Positions 50,343 through 58,628 of a stretch of 64,000 nucleotides of DNA are shown here, one piece after another (the first letter of the stretch is position 1; every line of letters begins with the position of its first letter). The translations under genes and the position numbers were made by a program. The DNA lies in contig JAJDZX010000037.1 in the NCBI GenBank assembly GCA_022824395.1, positions 114,985 through 178,984 of the forward strand, written 5' to 3'. The notes beneath the pieces are model-generated. The model saw only the letters and a program-made list of their open reading frames with translations, was not told where the DNA came from and did not search any database. Source of the stretch: Alphaproteobacteria bacterium. Its GTDB lineage: Bacteria; Pseudomonadota; Alphaproteobacteria; TMED109.

Positions 50343-51329
50343 TTACGGAACAGGCTGGTGTTCGAGGATCCTCTTGATCAGGTCGTCGGTGGTGACGCCG
50401 TCAGCCTCGGCTTCATATGACGTGAGAATCCGATGTCGCAGCACATCGGGTGCAATCGCCTTGACGTCGTGCGGTGTAACGTAGTTACGCCCCTGCAGGT
50501 AAGCCCTGGCTCGTGACGCAATCGCGAGATAAATCGTGGCGCGGGGGCTCGCACCCAAGGTGACGTACGGGTCCAAGGCAGCGTCGACCTGGTCGATATG
50601 CCGGGTCGCCCGCACCAGATCAACCATGTATTCCTTGACGGATTCCTCGATTCGGACGCGATCGACCGCTGCGCGAGCCTGAACGATCTCGTCGATCGAG
50701 ACCACAGGGTCAGGCATGGATCCTTCGGCCGTGAACGCCACCATGTCCATGATGGCAATCTCCTGCTCGCGATCCGGGTATTCGGTCCGCAGCATGAAGA
50801 TGAACCGGTCCATCTGCGCCTCAGGCAACGGATAGGTGCCGTCCTGCTCGATCGGGTTCTGGGTCGCGAGCACCATGAAGGGCGCCGGGAGCGGCTCGCT
50901 CTGGTCGCCGATGGTGACCTGGCGCTCCTGCATCGCTTCCAGGAGCGCGCTCTGGACCTTCGCGGGCGCTCGGTTGATCTCATCCGCGAGCACGATGTTG
51001 GCGAAGATGGGGCCACGCCGGAAACGGAATTCCCCCTGCTTCGGTTCGTAGATCATAGTGCCCACGAGGTCGGCAGGCAGCAGGTCGGGCGTGAATTGAA
51101 TTCGGCGAAAGCTCGCTGAGATGGCGGCGGCCAGCGTGGTCACAGCTCGCGTCTTGGCAAGCCCGGGCGCCCCTTCAATCAAGACGTGGCCGTTCGAGAG
51201 CAGCGCGATCACAATCCGTTCCAGCATCTCGCGCTGCCCGACGATGGTGGTGGCCATCGTCGTCATCAGACGAGCCGCAAAGCCTTCCTCAGCCGGCGGC
51301 GGTACCGCGGCAACAGTCTGCTGCATCAA
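50343..51329 (-). CDS. MoxR-family AAA+ ATPase
   Basis: 328 aa. Contains HVLIEGAPGLAKTRAV, LADEINRAPAKVQSALLEAM, VLATQNPIEQDGTYPLPEAQMDRF. Confidence 0.93.
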   Translation of the reverse strand: MMQQTVAAVPPPAEEGFAARLMTTMATTIVGQREMLERIVIALLSNGHVLIEGAPGLAKTRAVTTLAAAISASFRRIQFTPDLLPADLVGTMIYEPKQGEFRFRRGPIFANIVLADEINRAPAKVQSALLEAMQERQVTIGDQSEPLPAPFMVLATQNPIEQDGTYPLPEAQMDRFIFMLRTEYPDREQEIAIMDMVAFTAEGSMPDPVVSIDEIVQARAAVDRVRIEESVKEYMVDLVRATRHIDQVDAALDPYVTLGASPRATIYLAIASRARAYLQGRNYVTPHDVKAIAPDVLRHRILTSYEAEADGVTTDDLIKRILEHQPVP

Positions 51330-51452
51330 CGGAGAGCCTTTGCGGAGAGCGGAGACGAGCGCCTAGATTAGCACACCCTACCCCACGCCCGACCGACCCG
51401 GGACATGCTCCAGCCCCTTCGCCCTATACTCCGGTCGCACACGGGAACCTGA

Positions 51453-51527
51453 GCCGGCGTAGCTCAACGGTAGAGCACCCGCCTTGTAAGCGGAAGGCTG
51501 CAGGTTCAAGTCCTGCCGCCGGCACCA
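51453..51527 (+). tRNA. tRNA-Thr (anticodon UGU)
   Basis: Hand-folded as GCCGGCG-TA-GCTC-AACGGTA-GAGC-A-CCCGC-CTTGTAA-GCGGA-AGGCT-GCAGG-TTCAAGT-CCTGC-CGCCGGC-A-CCA. It is 75 nt with an encoded CCA and one mismatch at the top of the anticodon stem. Confidence 0.88.
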
Positions 51528-51565
51528 GCGCGAGACTTTGGCAACCCGGGCAGGGAGCACAACAC

Positions 51566-52159
51566 ATGATCCACTTTAGGGCCGCAGGACTCCTGTCCGT
51601 CGCCCTCGTCGTGGCGGCAACCGTGCCGGCGAGCGCCGACTGGGCCGAAGTGCGGCGTGCCTTTGAAGATGGTGATGCCGTGGCACTCGTGGCCGCCCTG
51701 CAGCCGCTGGCGGAGACCGGTGACGCCGACGCGCAATACAACCTGGGGATCTTGTACGACACCGGCCAAGGCGTTCCGCAGGACTATCGCGAAGCGGCCA
51801 GGTGGTATGGCATGGCGGGCGATCAGGACCACGCCAGCGCTCTGTACAACCTCGGCCTGCTGCATTTCGAGGGCAAGGGCGTCGAGCGCGACGAGGTGAA
51901 GGCCATCGGGCTGTACCGCCGGGCGGCACGGCACGGCGATGCCGACGCGCTCAGCAGCATCGGATACATGTTCCTCCACGGAATCGGTGTCGAGGAGAAC
52001 CAACTCGAAGGGCTGGCGTTTTTCCTGCTTGCGGCCGAACGCGGAAGCAGCAGCGGCGCGCACAACCGGGACAACGTGCTGGGCAGGTTTGACACGAATG
52101 ATTTCGCGTTCGCACGCGCCCGGAGCCGTGACCTGGCCGTGGAGTATCCTGCGCCATGA
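51566..52159 (+). CDS. Sel1-repeat (SLR/TPR-like) secreted protein
   Basis: 197 aa with a signal peptide. It has repeated GDADAQYNLGILYDTGQGVPQDYREAARWY and ..ALYNLGLLHFEGKGVERDEVKAIGLYRRAA.. units. Confidence 0.85.
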   Translation: MIHFRAAGLLSVALVVAATVPASADWAEVRRAFEDGDAVALVAALQPLAETGDADAQYNLGILYDTGQGVPQDYREAARWYGMAGDQDHASALYNLGLLHFEGKGVERDEVKAIGLYRRAARHGDADALSSIGYMFLHGIGVEENQLEGLAFFLLAAERGSSSGAHNRDNVLGRFDTNDFAFARARSRDLAVEYPAP

Positions 52160-52509
52160 GGTTCGCGGACTGGCTGGCGGCGGTGTCGCTGACGCTGGCG
52201 GCGGGCGGCGCCACCGCTTCGCCTCAGGCCTGGCCGGAGTGCCGGGCCGCGGTCCAGGATCTCCTGGCGACCAATACCCTGGCCTTCTGGGCGTCCGCGG
52301 AGGGCGGTACGCTCCGGTACACCATGCGCATCGATGCCGAACGCTGGGACAACATGGGACCCGCGGGCCAAGACGGTCTCGAGGCCCTACTGTCCTGTTC
52401 GATCAGCGCCGGCGGCGAAGCCGTCCCGTACCTTCTTTCCGTACGGTCCGCGTACTCCAACCGCGAGCTCGCGCGGTACCACGACGGCGAGCGCCTACCA
52501 CTCGATTGA
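52156..52509 (+). CDS. Hypothetical secreted protein
   Basis: 117 aa with signal peptide ..LTLAAGGATA and an ATGA overlap with the Sel1 gene stop. I recognise no motif. Confidence 0.55.
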   Translation: MRFADWLAAVSLTLAAGGATASPQAWPECRAAVQDLLATNTLAFWASAEGGTLRYTMRIDAERWDNMGPAGQDGLEALLSCSISAGGEAVPYLLSVRSAYSNRELARYHDGERLPLD

Positions 52510-52534
52510 CCGTATCCCCCAAGGAGAACCATCC

Positions 52535-52765
52535 ATGTCCCAGACCTCCGATGACCGGCCCATGCTGGAGCGGCTCCGTGATCTGCACGAGAAGATGGAA
52601 CACGACGCCGAGATGGAAGCCGCCTACCTGAAAGACCGGGACGCCTTCCATCGTTCCCACGGATTCAATCCGGAGGAGGTCGAGGAGGCGCTGGAGGAAC
52701 TCGGCCGCCAACGGATCGCCGGCTACAAAGGCGTCCTGGAGGCCCACGGCAAGAAGCTCTCGTAA
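52535..52765 (+). CDS. Hypothetical small acidic protein (76 aa)
   Basis: This is the tail of ORF 52334..52765. The ATG at 52535 follows the strong RBS AAGGAGA (52521-52527). The translation is MSQTSDDRPMLERLRDLHEKMEHDAEMEAAYLKDRDAFHRSHGFNPEEVEEALEELG.. Confidence 0.6.
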   Translation: MSQTSDDRPMLERLRDLHEKMEHDAEMEAAYLKDRDAFHRSHGFNPEEVEEALEELGRQRIAGYKGVLEAHGKKLS

Positions 52766-52949
52766 TACGCGTGATGTCGAGGCTTCCGCCGGTCTGACCA
52801 GCGCCGTCCGCAACCGAACGCCAACACGGCGTGCCCCCGGCGAAAGCGACGACCCTGGACCGGGCCCGGTCGAGATGACCGGTCGTTGAGGGTCATGTCG
52901 ATCCTGCTCCCTGCCGGCGCTCACGCGGCGCCGGCAGCATGTCGGGGCA

Positions 52950-53262
52950 TGGTGCGGACGGAGGGACTCGAACCCTCACTCTCCATCGGAGAAACGGATT
53001 TTCGTACCACTTCGGCTTTCGCCGCCGCGCCGAAGGCACGTTCGTGGTCTGGACTATCCCTTCGCCATCGCCGCAGAGCCGGCCCCAGGCGCCGCCCGTC
53101 TAGTCTCTACACCTTCCTGCACGGATGCAGGCTTGGCTCGGGATCAGCAGCGGCGCAGCCGGTGAGCCTTCCCCGAATTTGAGCGGTTCTGCACTGCCGG
53201 TTTCCCAGCAGGCACTCAACGTCCCGCAAGTCCGTCGCGTCTGCCAATTCCGCCACGCCCGC
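52950..53262 (-). tRNA. Split tRNA-Leu (anticodon UAA): exon 1 at 53262-53228, group I intron at 53227-53003, exon 2 at 53002-52950
   Basis: Exon 1 reads GCGGGCGTGGCGGAATTGGCAGACGCGACGGACTT. Exon 2 reads AAAATCCGT-TTCTCCGATGGAGAGT-GAGGGTTCGAGTCCCTC-CGTCCGC-ACCA. Joined, they form an 88-nt class II tRNA with a 7-bp acceptor stem (one G-U), anticodon stem ACGGA/TCCGT, loop CTTAAAA, a long variable arm and an encoded CCA. Confidence 0.9.
53003..53227 (-). ncRNA. Group I intron (IC3-like, tRNA-Leu(UAA) type), 225 nt, no ORF
   Basis: It begins GCGGGACGTTGAGTGCC, where GAGU can pair with exon ACUU to give the splice-site U-G. It ends ..GTGGTACG with a terminal G. It contains GCTCAAATTCGGGGAA, GATCCCGAGCCAAGCC, GGAAGGTGTAGAGACTAGACGGG, AAGGGATAGTCCAGACC and a GCGAAAGC tetraloop hairpin. 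These match, from memory, the conserved core of the cyanobacterial/plastid tRNA-Leu intron. Confidence 0.85.
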
Positions 53263-53290
53263 AGGCCCCGCCGGGGATCATACCGATCCG

Positions 53291-54046
53291 CTACGGTTCC
53301 TCGCGAAATGGTGCTCCCTGCCGGGTCAGAAACTGGCGCACTGCGTCGGCGCACAGAGAGAGCCGCTCGGGATCAACGGCGCGCAGCACGAGGCTGGTTC
53401 CGATGTCCGGGGGGCGATAGAAGGGGTAGGAACCGATATCAACGTCGGTGAACTCGCTCGCCACGGCCGCCAGGGCCTCCGCGACCGCGCCCTCGGGCCG
53501 CCGCACCACGAAAGTGTGCGAACGGAGTGGCGGCCCGCGGACCAGCTGCGGTTCCAGGACCGCCAGCATGGCCTGCATGATTTCCGGGACACCGGCAAGG
53601 ACGAAGACGTTGCCGAGCCGGAAGCCGGGCGCGGATGACACCGGATTGTCGATGAGGGTCGCCCCCACCGGAATGTTCGCCATCCGGAGCCGGGCCTCGT
53701 TGAGTTCGATCTCCGTGCCCGCGTAGTGCGCACGGAGGCGACGGTGCGCCTCGGCGTTCCGCTCCACCTCGACACCCATGGCGGCCGCCACGCATTCCGT
53801 CGTGATGTCGTCGTGCGTGGGCCCGATGCCGCCGGTCGTGACGAGATAGTCCCAGGCCGCGGACAGTTCCCGAACTGCCGTGACGATCCGCTCCCGCACG
53901 TCCGGCACCACCCGCACCTCCATCAGCCGCACGCCGAGGTGCGACATCCGTTTCGCGACATGCGCGACGTTCTTGTCCTGCGTGCGGCCGGAGAGAATCT
54001 CGTTACCGATCACGAGCATTGCTGCAGTTGGGGCGTCTTGGGGCAT
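53291..54046 (-). CDS. CinA-like molybdopterin-binding (MoCF_biosynth) domain protein
   Basis: 251 aa. Contains AAMLVIGNEILSGRTQDKNVAHVAKRM..VTTGGIGPTHDDIT. Confidence 0.85.
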   Translation of the reverse strand: MPQDAPTAAMLVIGNEILSGRTQDKNVAHVAKRMSHLGVRLMEVRVVPDVRERIVTAVRELSAAWDYLVTTGGIGPTHDDITTECVAAAMGVEVERNAEAHRRLRAHYAGTEIELNEARLRMANIPVGATLIDNPVSSAPGFRLGNVFVLAGVPEIMQAMLAVLEPQLVRGPPLRSHTFVVRRPEGAVAEALAAVASEFTDVDIGSYPFYRPPDIGTSLVLRAVDPERLSLCADAVRQFLTRQGAPFREEP

Positions 54047-54154
54047 GGCTCGCTCCGGAGGATCGCCCGCATGCTAACCGGTTGCGATTCGACGTGCGCC
54101 GATCGTCTAGTCTCCGCCACAGCAGCCAACCGGCCCCTGAATGGAGCCCTGTCC

Positions 54155-54874
54155 GTGCAGTTTCCCGTCGATCTCGTGCGAGCCACCCTCGTGCGTCGCT
54201 ACCAGCGATTCCTGAGTGACCACGAGCTGGCGGACGGACGGCTTGTCACGGCCCACTGCGCCAATCCGGGCTCGATGCTCGGACTGACCGACGCCGGCAC
54301 TGAAACCTGGCTTGCGCCGAACAGCGACCCGAAGCGCAAGCTGCGCTACAGCTGGGAAGTGCTCCGGCTCGGATCGACCCTGGTCGGCGTCAATACCGGG
54401 CGCCCCAACGCGCTGGTCGAGGAGGCCATTCGCGCCAACCGGCTCGCACCGCTCGCCGGCTATGCATCGGTTCGGCGGGAAGTGCGCTACGGGACCCGTT
54501 CCCGCATCGACCTGCTGCTGGAAGATCGCCGCCGCCGAAGCTGCTATGTCGAGGTCAAGAACGTGCATATGTCGCGGGAGCCCGGAATCGCGGAATTTCC
54601 CGATTCCGTGACGGATCGCGGGCGCAAGCATCTCGTGGAGCTAGCCCGGCGGGTCTCGGCTGGCGACCGGGCCGTCATGCTCTATCTGGTGCAGCGGGAA
54701 GACTGCTCGGCCTTCCGCCTCGCGGGCGACATCGACCCCGCATATGCGGATGCATTCCGCGCCGCCCGAGACACCGGTGTCGAGATGCTAGCGTATAAGT
54801 GTCGGTTGACCGTCCAAGCCATTACGGTCGGGGATCCCCTCGTCATCACGGACCCGGTTGGAGGCGGTTCATGA
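54155..54874 (+). CDS. sfsA: Sugar fermentation stimulation protein A homologue (SfsA nuclease family)
   Basis: This is the tail of ORF 53726..54874. The GTG at 54155 gives VQFPVDLVRATLVRRYQRFLSDHELADGRLVTAHCANPGSM..YVEVKNV..FPDSVTDRGRKHL. The ATG at 54071 is an alternative start. Confidence 0.85.
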   Translation: MQFPVDLVRATLVRRYQRFLSDHELADGRLVTAHCANPGSMLGLTDAGTETWLAPNSDPKRKLRYSWEVLRLGSTLVGVNTGRPNALVEEAIRANRLAPLAGYASVRREVRYGTRSRIDLLLEDRRRRSCYVEVKNVHMSREPGIAEFPDSVTDRGRKHLVELARRVSAGDRAVMLYLVQREDCSAFRLAGDIDPAYADAFRAARDTGVEMLAYKCRLTVQAITVGDPLVITDPVGGGS

Positions 54875-55662
54875 ACCATCCGCGCGAACAGGTCCGCATC
54901 CACGATGCCGAGGCGTTTGCCGCCATGCGTCGGGCCGGCAGGCTCGCGGCAGAAGTCCTCGACTTCATCACGCCGAAGATCACGGCGGGGGTGACCACCG
55001 AGGAACTCGACCGGCTGTGCCACGACTTCATCGTGGACCACGGAGCCGTCCCGGCACCGCTGAACTACAAGGGGTTCCCCAAGTCGGTCTGCACCTCCAT
55101 CAACCACGTCGTGTGTCACGGCATCCCGGACGACACGCGTCTCAAGGACGGCGACATCCTCAACCTCGATGTCACCGTCATCCTTGACGGATGGCACGGC
55201 GACACCAGCCGCATGTTCTGGATCGGCAAGCCGTCCCTGCAGGCGCGCATCCTGACCGACACGACGTTCGAAGCCATGTGGGCGGGCATCCGGGCGGTGC
55301 GGCCCGGCGCCACCCTCGGCGACATCGGATACGCCATCCAGCAGTGCGCGGACGCCAAACGGTACTCGGTCGTCCGGATGTTCTGCGGCCACGGGATCGG
55401 TCGGGTCTTTCACGACGCTCCTTCCGTCCTTCACTACGGCACGCCGAATACCGGGCTGACGTTGCGCGAAGGCATGTTCTTCACCATCGAACCCATGATC
55501 AACGCCGGCAGCCCGGATGTACGGATTCTCGCCGATCAGTGGACGGCGGTAACGCGCGACCGCTCCCTGTCGGCGCAGTTCGAACACACACTCGGCGTGA
55601 CCAGGGACGGATACGAGGTGTTTACCCGCTCCCCCGCAGGACTGGAGCGCCCGGCCGCCTGA
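54871..55662 (+). CDS. map: Type I methionine aminopeptidase
   Basis: ORF 54799..55662. The start is set at MNHPREQVRIHD, with an ATGA overlap onto sfsA. Contains FPKSVCTSINHVVCHGIP..LNLDVTVILDGWHGD..GHGIG..FTIEP..QFEHT. Confidence 0.93.
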   Translation: MNHPREQVRIHDAEAFAAMRRAGRLAAEVLDFITPKITAGVTTEELDRLCHDFIVDHGAVPAPLNYKGFPKSVCTSINHVVCHGIPDDTRLKDGDILNLDVTVILDGWHGDTSRMFWIGKPSLQARILTDTTFEAMWAGIRAVRPGATLGDIGYAIQQCADAKRYSVVRMFCGHGIGRVFHDAPSVLHYGTPNTGLTLREGMFFTIEPMINAGSPDVRILADQWTAVTRDRSLSAQFEHTLGVTRDGYEVFTRSPAGLERPAA

Positions 55663-55839
55663 CCCCGCCCGGCGCCACGGTCCGCGCAGCGGTCTGGAAC
55701 CGCCGTGGCGACTGCTCCGGGCGCATCCTTGCGCCTTGATTTCGTCGCAAGTGCCGCTGGCTGGACTGTGTCGTCACCCCTCCCGACAAGGCCTGACGGG
55801 AACGGAAACCGGGAGGCGCGGAGTCGGAACTCGATACAG

Positions 55840-55873
55840 AAAAACGGCCCCGGTCCTTGTCGGACCGGGGCCG
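55840..55873 (-). terminator. Rho-independent terminator downstream of degP
   Basis: The 12-bp perfect stem is cggccccggtcc (55845-55856) paired with ggaccggggccg (55862-55873), with loop ttgtc. On the minus strand it is followed by TTTTT (55844-55840). A second imperfect 14-bp hairpin lies at 55918-55960, just after the degP stop. Confidence 0.75.
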
Positions 55874-55975
55874 CCACAGGTGGGCAACGGGAGGACAAGC
55901 CCACATGCAAGTCAGGAGCGGGCGGCGATCGTGACGGGCAAGAAATCGATCACCGCCCGCATGCGCCACGCGTGG

Positions 55976-57388
55976 TTACGCGTGACGCAAACGCAGGGCC
56001 ACGTAGCGGACGTCAGATCCGCGGGCCACCTCCAGAACGACAAACTGTTGTTCAGCACTCCACGCCGCCGCCAGCCGCTTGTTCGCGGCGGCGGCATCGG
56101 ACACCGGAACGCCGTCCACCATCAGGAATCGATCACCAGGGACGAGGTCCTTGGTGGCGGCAGGGCTCTTGGGAGCAACCCGTTCGATGACGGCGCCCTC
56201 CCCGCCGTCCTGCCCCAACCGGAAGCCCAGGTCCGGGCGCGTGCCGGCAGGGAGTGCGACAGGATCGGCACTGGACCGCTCGCCTAGCTGAACCGGGATG
56301 GTGTACTCGCGTTGGTCGCGCCAGACCGTCAGCGTGATCCCCTCGCCGGGCGGTGTCAGGGCTACCAGCCGGGCCAGGTCCCTCGGTCCCCGGACCCGCT
56401 TGTCGCCGACAGCCGTCACGACGGTGCCCGGCCGGATTCCGGCGGCCGCCGCCGGGCTTCCCTCCGACACGTCCGTGACCAGGGCGCCGCCCGGCTCGTC
56501 GAGCCCGAATGCTTCGGCGAGGTCCCGATCGATTGGCTGGATCTGGACACCGAGCCAGCCTCTTTCCACCTTCCCGTCGTCCATGAGGTCCGCGACGATC
56601 AGGCGAACGGTGTTCGACGGTACGGCGAAGCCGATCCCGACGCTGCCGCCGGTCGGCGAGTAAATTGCGGTGTTGACCCCGACCACCCGGCCTTCGAGGT
56701 CAAAGGTCGGCCCGCCGGAATTTCCCCGGTTGATGGGCGCATCGATTTGCAGGAAGTCTCCGTACTGCCCTGCGCCGATGTCGCGGCCGCGCGCCGACAC
56801 GATGCCGGTGGTCACCGTGCCGTGAAACCCGTACGGACTGCCGATGGCGAATACCCAGTCGCCCACGCGCGCGGCATCGGAGTCTGCGAATGTTGCGTAC
56901 GGCACCGGGCGGTCGACCTCCACCTTGAGCACCGCAATGTCGCTGAACCGGTCCTGCCCGATCACTTCCGCTTCGAGAACTTCGCCGTCGGCGGTGTGAA
57001 TCCGAATGGCGTGATTCTGGCCAACGTGATCCTGGCCAATCAGGTGGGCGTTCGTGACGACATGTCCCTCCGCGTCGATGAAGAAGCCTGAACCACCGTG
57101 CTTGCGGACCGGCCGTTCGGGAGCCGCAGGCGCGTGGGGAGGCCACGGCAGGAGTTCGCCGAATTCGCGCTTGAAGAAGGAATCGGGGCTCAATGGGCCA
57201 TGCCGCGGAAGCGAGCGGCTCCCGTCGTGGGTGGCGGGGAGCGCAGCTGGCTCCACCTCGATGGCCACCACGGCTGGCTGAACCATCTCCACAACCGGGG
57301 CCAAGCTGGGAACGGCGGCCACCGCCGGCGCCGCGACCCAGATGGTCACTGCCAATATCGCCAGCGAGCGAAGAACGTTTCTTGACAT
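55976..57388 (-). CDS. degP: DegP/HtrA (Do) family periplasmic serine endoprotease with two PDZ domains
   Basis: 470 aa with a signal peptide. Contains GSGFFIDAEGHVVTNAHL, ..DIAVLKV.., INRGNSGGPTFD, and two PDZ-like segments. Confidence 0.92.
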   Translation of the reverse strand: MSRNVLRSLAILAVTIWVAAPAVAAVPSLAPVVEMVQPAVVAIEVEPAALPATHDGSRSLPRHGPLSPDSFFKREFGELLPWPPHAPAAPERPVRKHGGSGFFIDAEGHVVTNAHLIGQDHVGQNHAIRIHTADGEVLEAEVIGQDRFSDIAVLKVEVDRPVPYATFADSDAARVGDWVFAIGSPYGFHGTVTTGIVSARGRDIGAGQYGDFLQIDAPINRGNSGGPTFDLEGRVVGVNTAIYSPTGGSVGIGFAVPSNTVRLIVADLMDDGKVERGWLGVQIQPIDRDLAEAFGLDEPGGALVTDVSEGSPAAAAGIRPGTVVTAVGDKRVRGPRDLARLVALTPPGEGITLTVWRDQREYTIPVQLGERSSADPVALPAGTRPDLGFRLGQDGGEGAVIERVAPKSPAATKDLVPGDRFLMVDGVPVSDAAAANKRLAAAWSAEQQFVVLEVARGSDVRYVALRLRHA

Positions 57389-57560
57389 GCAGGTCCCTTG
57401 CGAAAGAAACGGAGGCTCTGTCGGTCAGAGAGCCTCGGGATCCGAACTTAAGGACCCTGCATGTAGGCAGTATTGCCCCAACGTTGTCGCGACCTTTCCG
57501 AAATGTAAATTTTTGTTGAGGCTTCTGCTCGGCCCGGCGACGGTCGACGCTGCCCGCCGG

Positions 57561-58625
57561 CTATCCGGACGATGTAGCGCTCGCCGGCAGGAACGAGTCG
57601 ACAGCGATCCGATCCGGCACCGCGCCGAGCGCCAGCACGCGGGCCTGGCACGAATCGACGAAGCCGGGGGTTCCGGCAATCAAGACCGTATGATGTGCCA
57701 GCTGTCCATGTACACGATGCAGCATGTCCGGCACGCGACCGGCGATGAAGCGGCTGCCCGGCGGCGGAACCTCGCGGGTCAGCGTCACCTTCCAGGTAAA
57801 GTTGTCATACCGTCGGGCAATCCGGCTGAAAGCGTCCATCGCCAGGATCTCCTCCCGGTCGCGGACCGACAGCACCACCGTGACCGGGGCGCTGAATCCG
57901 CTGGACAGCGCTTCCTCGATGACTGCGAGCACCGGCGCAATGCCGGTCCCGCCGGCGAGGCCCAGGATCGGGCCGGGCACGTCAGCAGGCAGTCCGAACG
58001 TTCCGAACGGACCGGTCAGGGACATCACCATGCCCGGGCGCAGGGTCTCATGCAGCCACGCGCTTGCGGCTCCCGGCGCCTGACGGGCGACCAGAATCCG
58101 GAGCAAGCCGTCGACGGGCTCCCCGTCCGGCCCTGGCGGGTCGAACATCGAATACGTGCGCGGCGGCGCAATGCCCGGCACGGCGACCTCCACGTGCATG
58201 CCGGCCTTGAAGAGGAAGCGCGCCGTCTTCGGCAGCGCAAAGACCAGCTCCCGAACGCGCGGCGTGACCGGACGTGTCGCGACCGCCTCGCACAAGAATG
58301 TCTGCGGCCGCGCGGCGGCTGCCTTCGGCTGGCGGGGCAGCGGAGCATGGACCCGGACCACGACCTCCCCGGCCGCGGGCCGCGCCTGACAGAGCAGCCA
58401 GACTCCCTTCTCGCGTTCCTGATCGGTCAGGGCGAACTGGACGGAACTTTCCGCGTCAAGCGTGCCTGACAGCACCGTCGCCCGGCAGGTCCCGCAGATT
58501 CCTCCCCGGCAGTTGTGCGGCAGGCGGATGCCCGCGGCCAGAGCGGAATCGAGAACCGGCCGATCCGGCGCTGCAGGGAACGTGAGGTCGGTTCCGTCGA
58601 TCCGAACTCGCGCCTCAGCAGGCAT
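57561..58625 (-). CDS. [2Fe-2S] ferredoxin fused to FAD/NAD(P)H oxidoreductase (FNR-like)
   Basis: 354 aa. The N-terminus reads HNCRGGICGTCRATVLSG (plant-type 2Fe-2S). It also contains RTYSM (FAD) and GLAGGTGIAPV (NAD). Confidence 0.85.
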   Translation of the reverse strand: MPAEARVRIDGTDLTFPAAPDRPVLDSALAAGIRLPHNCRGGICGTCRATVLSGTLDAESSVQFALTDQEREKGVWLLCQARPAAGEVVVRVHAPLPRQPKAAAARPQTFLCEAVATRPVTPRVRELVFALPKTARFLFKAGMHVEVAVPGIAPPRTYSMFDPPGPDGEPVDGLLRILVARQAPGAASAWLHETLRPGMVMSLTGPFGTFGLPADVPGPILGLAGGTGIAPVLAVIEEALSSGFSAPVTVVLSVRDREEILAMDAFSRIARRYDNFTWKVTLTREVPPPGSRFIAGRVPDMLHRVHGQLAHHTVLIAGTPGFVDSCQARVLALGAVPDRIAVDSFLPASATSSG

Positions 58626-58628
58626 CCG

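Noticed and set aside
52911-52937. A 10-bp GC hairpin (ctgccggcgc/gcgccggcag) just downstream of the tRNA-Leu 3' end as an intrinsic terminator.
   Set aside because: No U-tract follows it on the minus strand. It may still aid 3' processing or termination, but it does not meet the canonical definition.
52770-53010. Two-piece (circularly permuted) alphaproteobacterial tmRNA, suggested by an isolated T-arm/acceptor/CCA on the minus strand with no adjacent 5' half.
   Set aside because: No tag-like reading frame (ANDN..AA type) was found downstream. The missing 5' half of a perfectly matching tRNA-Leu lies 225 nt upstream, with group I intron core motifs in between.
51330-53290. Genomic island or prophage remnant integrated at tRNA-Thr or tRNA-Leu.
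   Set aside because: There is no integrase, transposase, phage gene or duplicated tRNA 3' segment in or near the interval. The observation is kept only as a low-interest finding.
57389-57560. An ECF/sigmaE-type promoter (GGAAC..CGTT) and imperfect inverted repeats upstream of degP.
   Set aside because: The GGAAAG and CGTT elements are only 11 nt apart, which is too short for the usual spacing of about 16 nt. The inverted repeats carry mismatches. The support is insufficient without TSS data.
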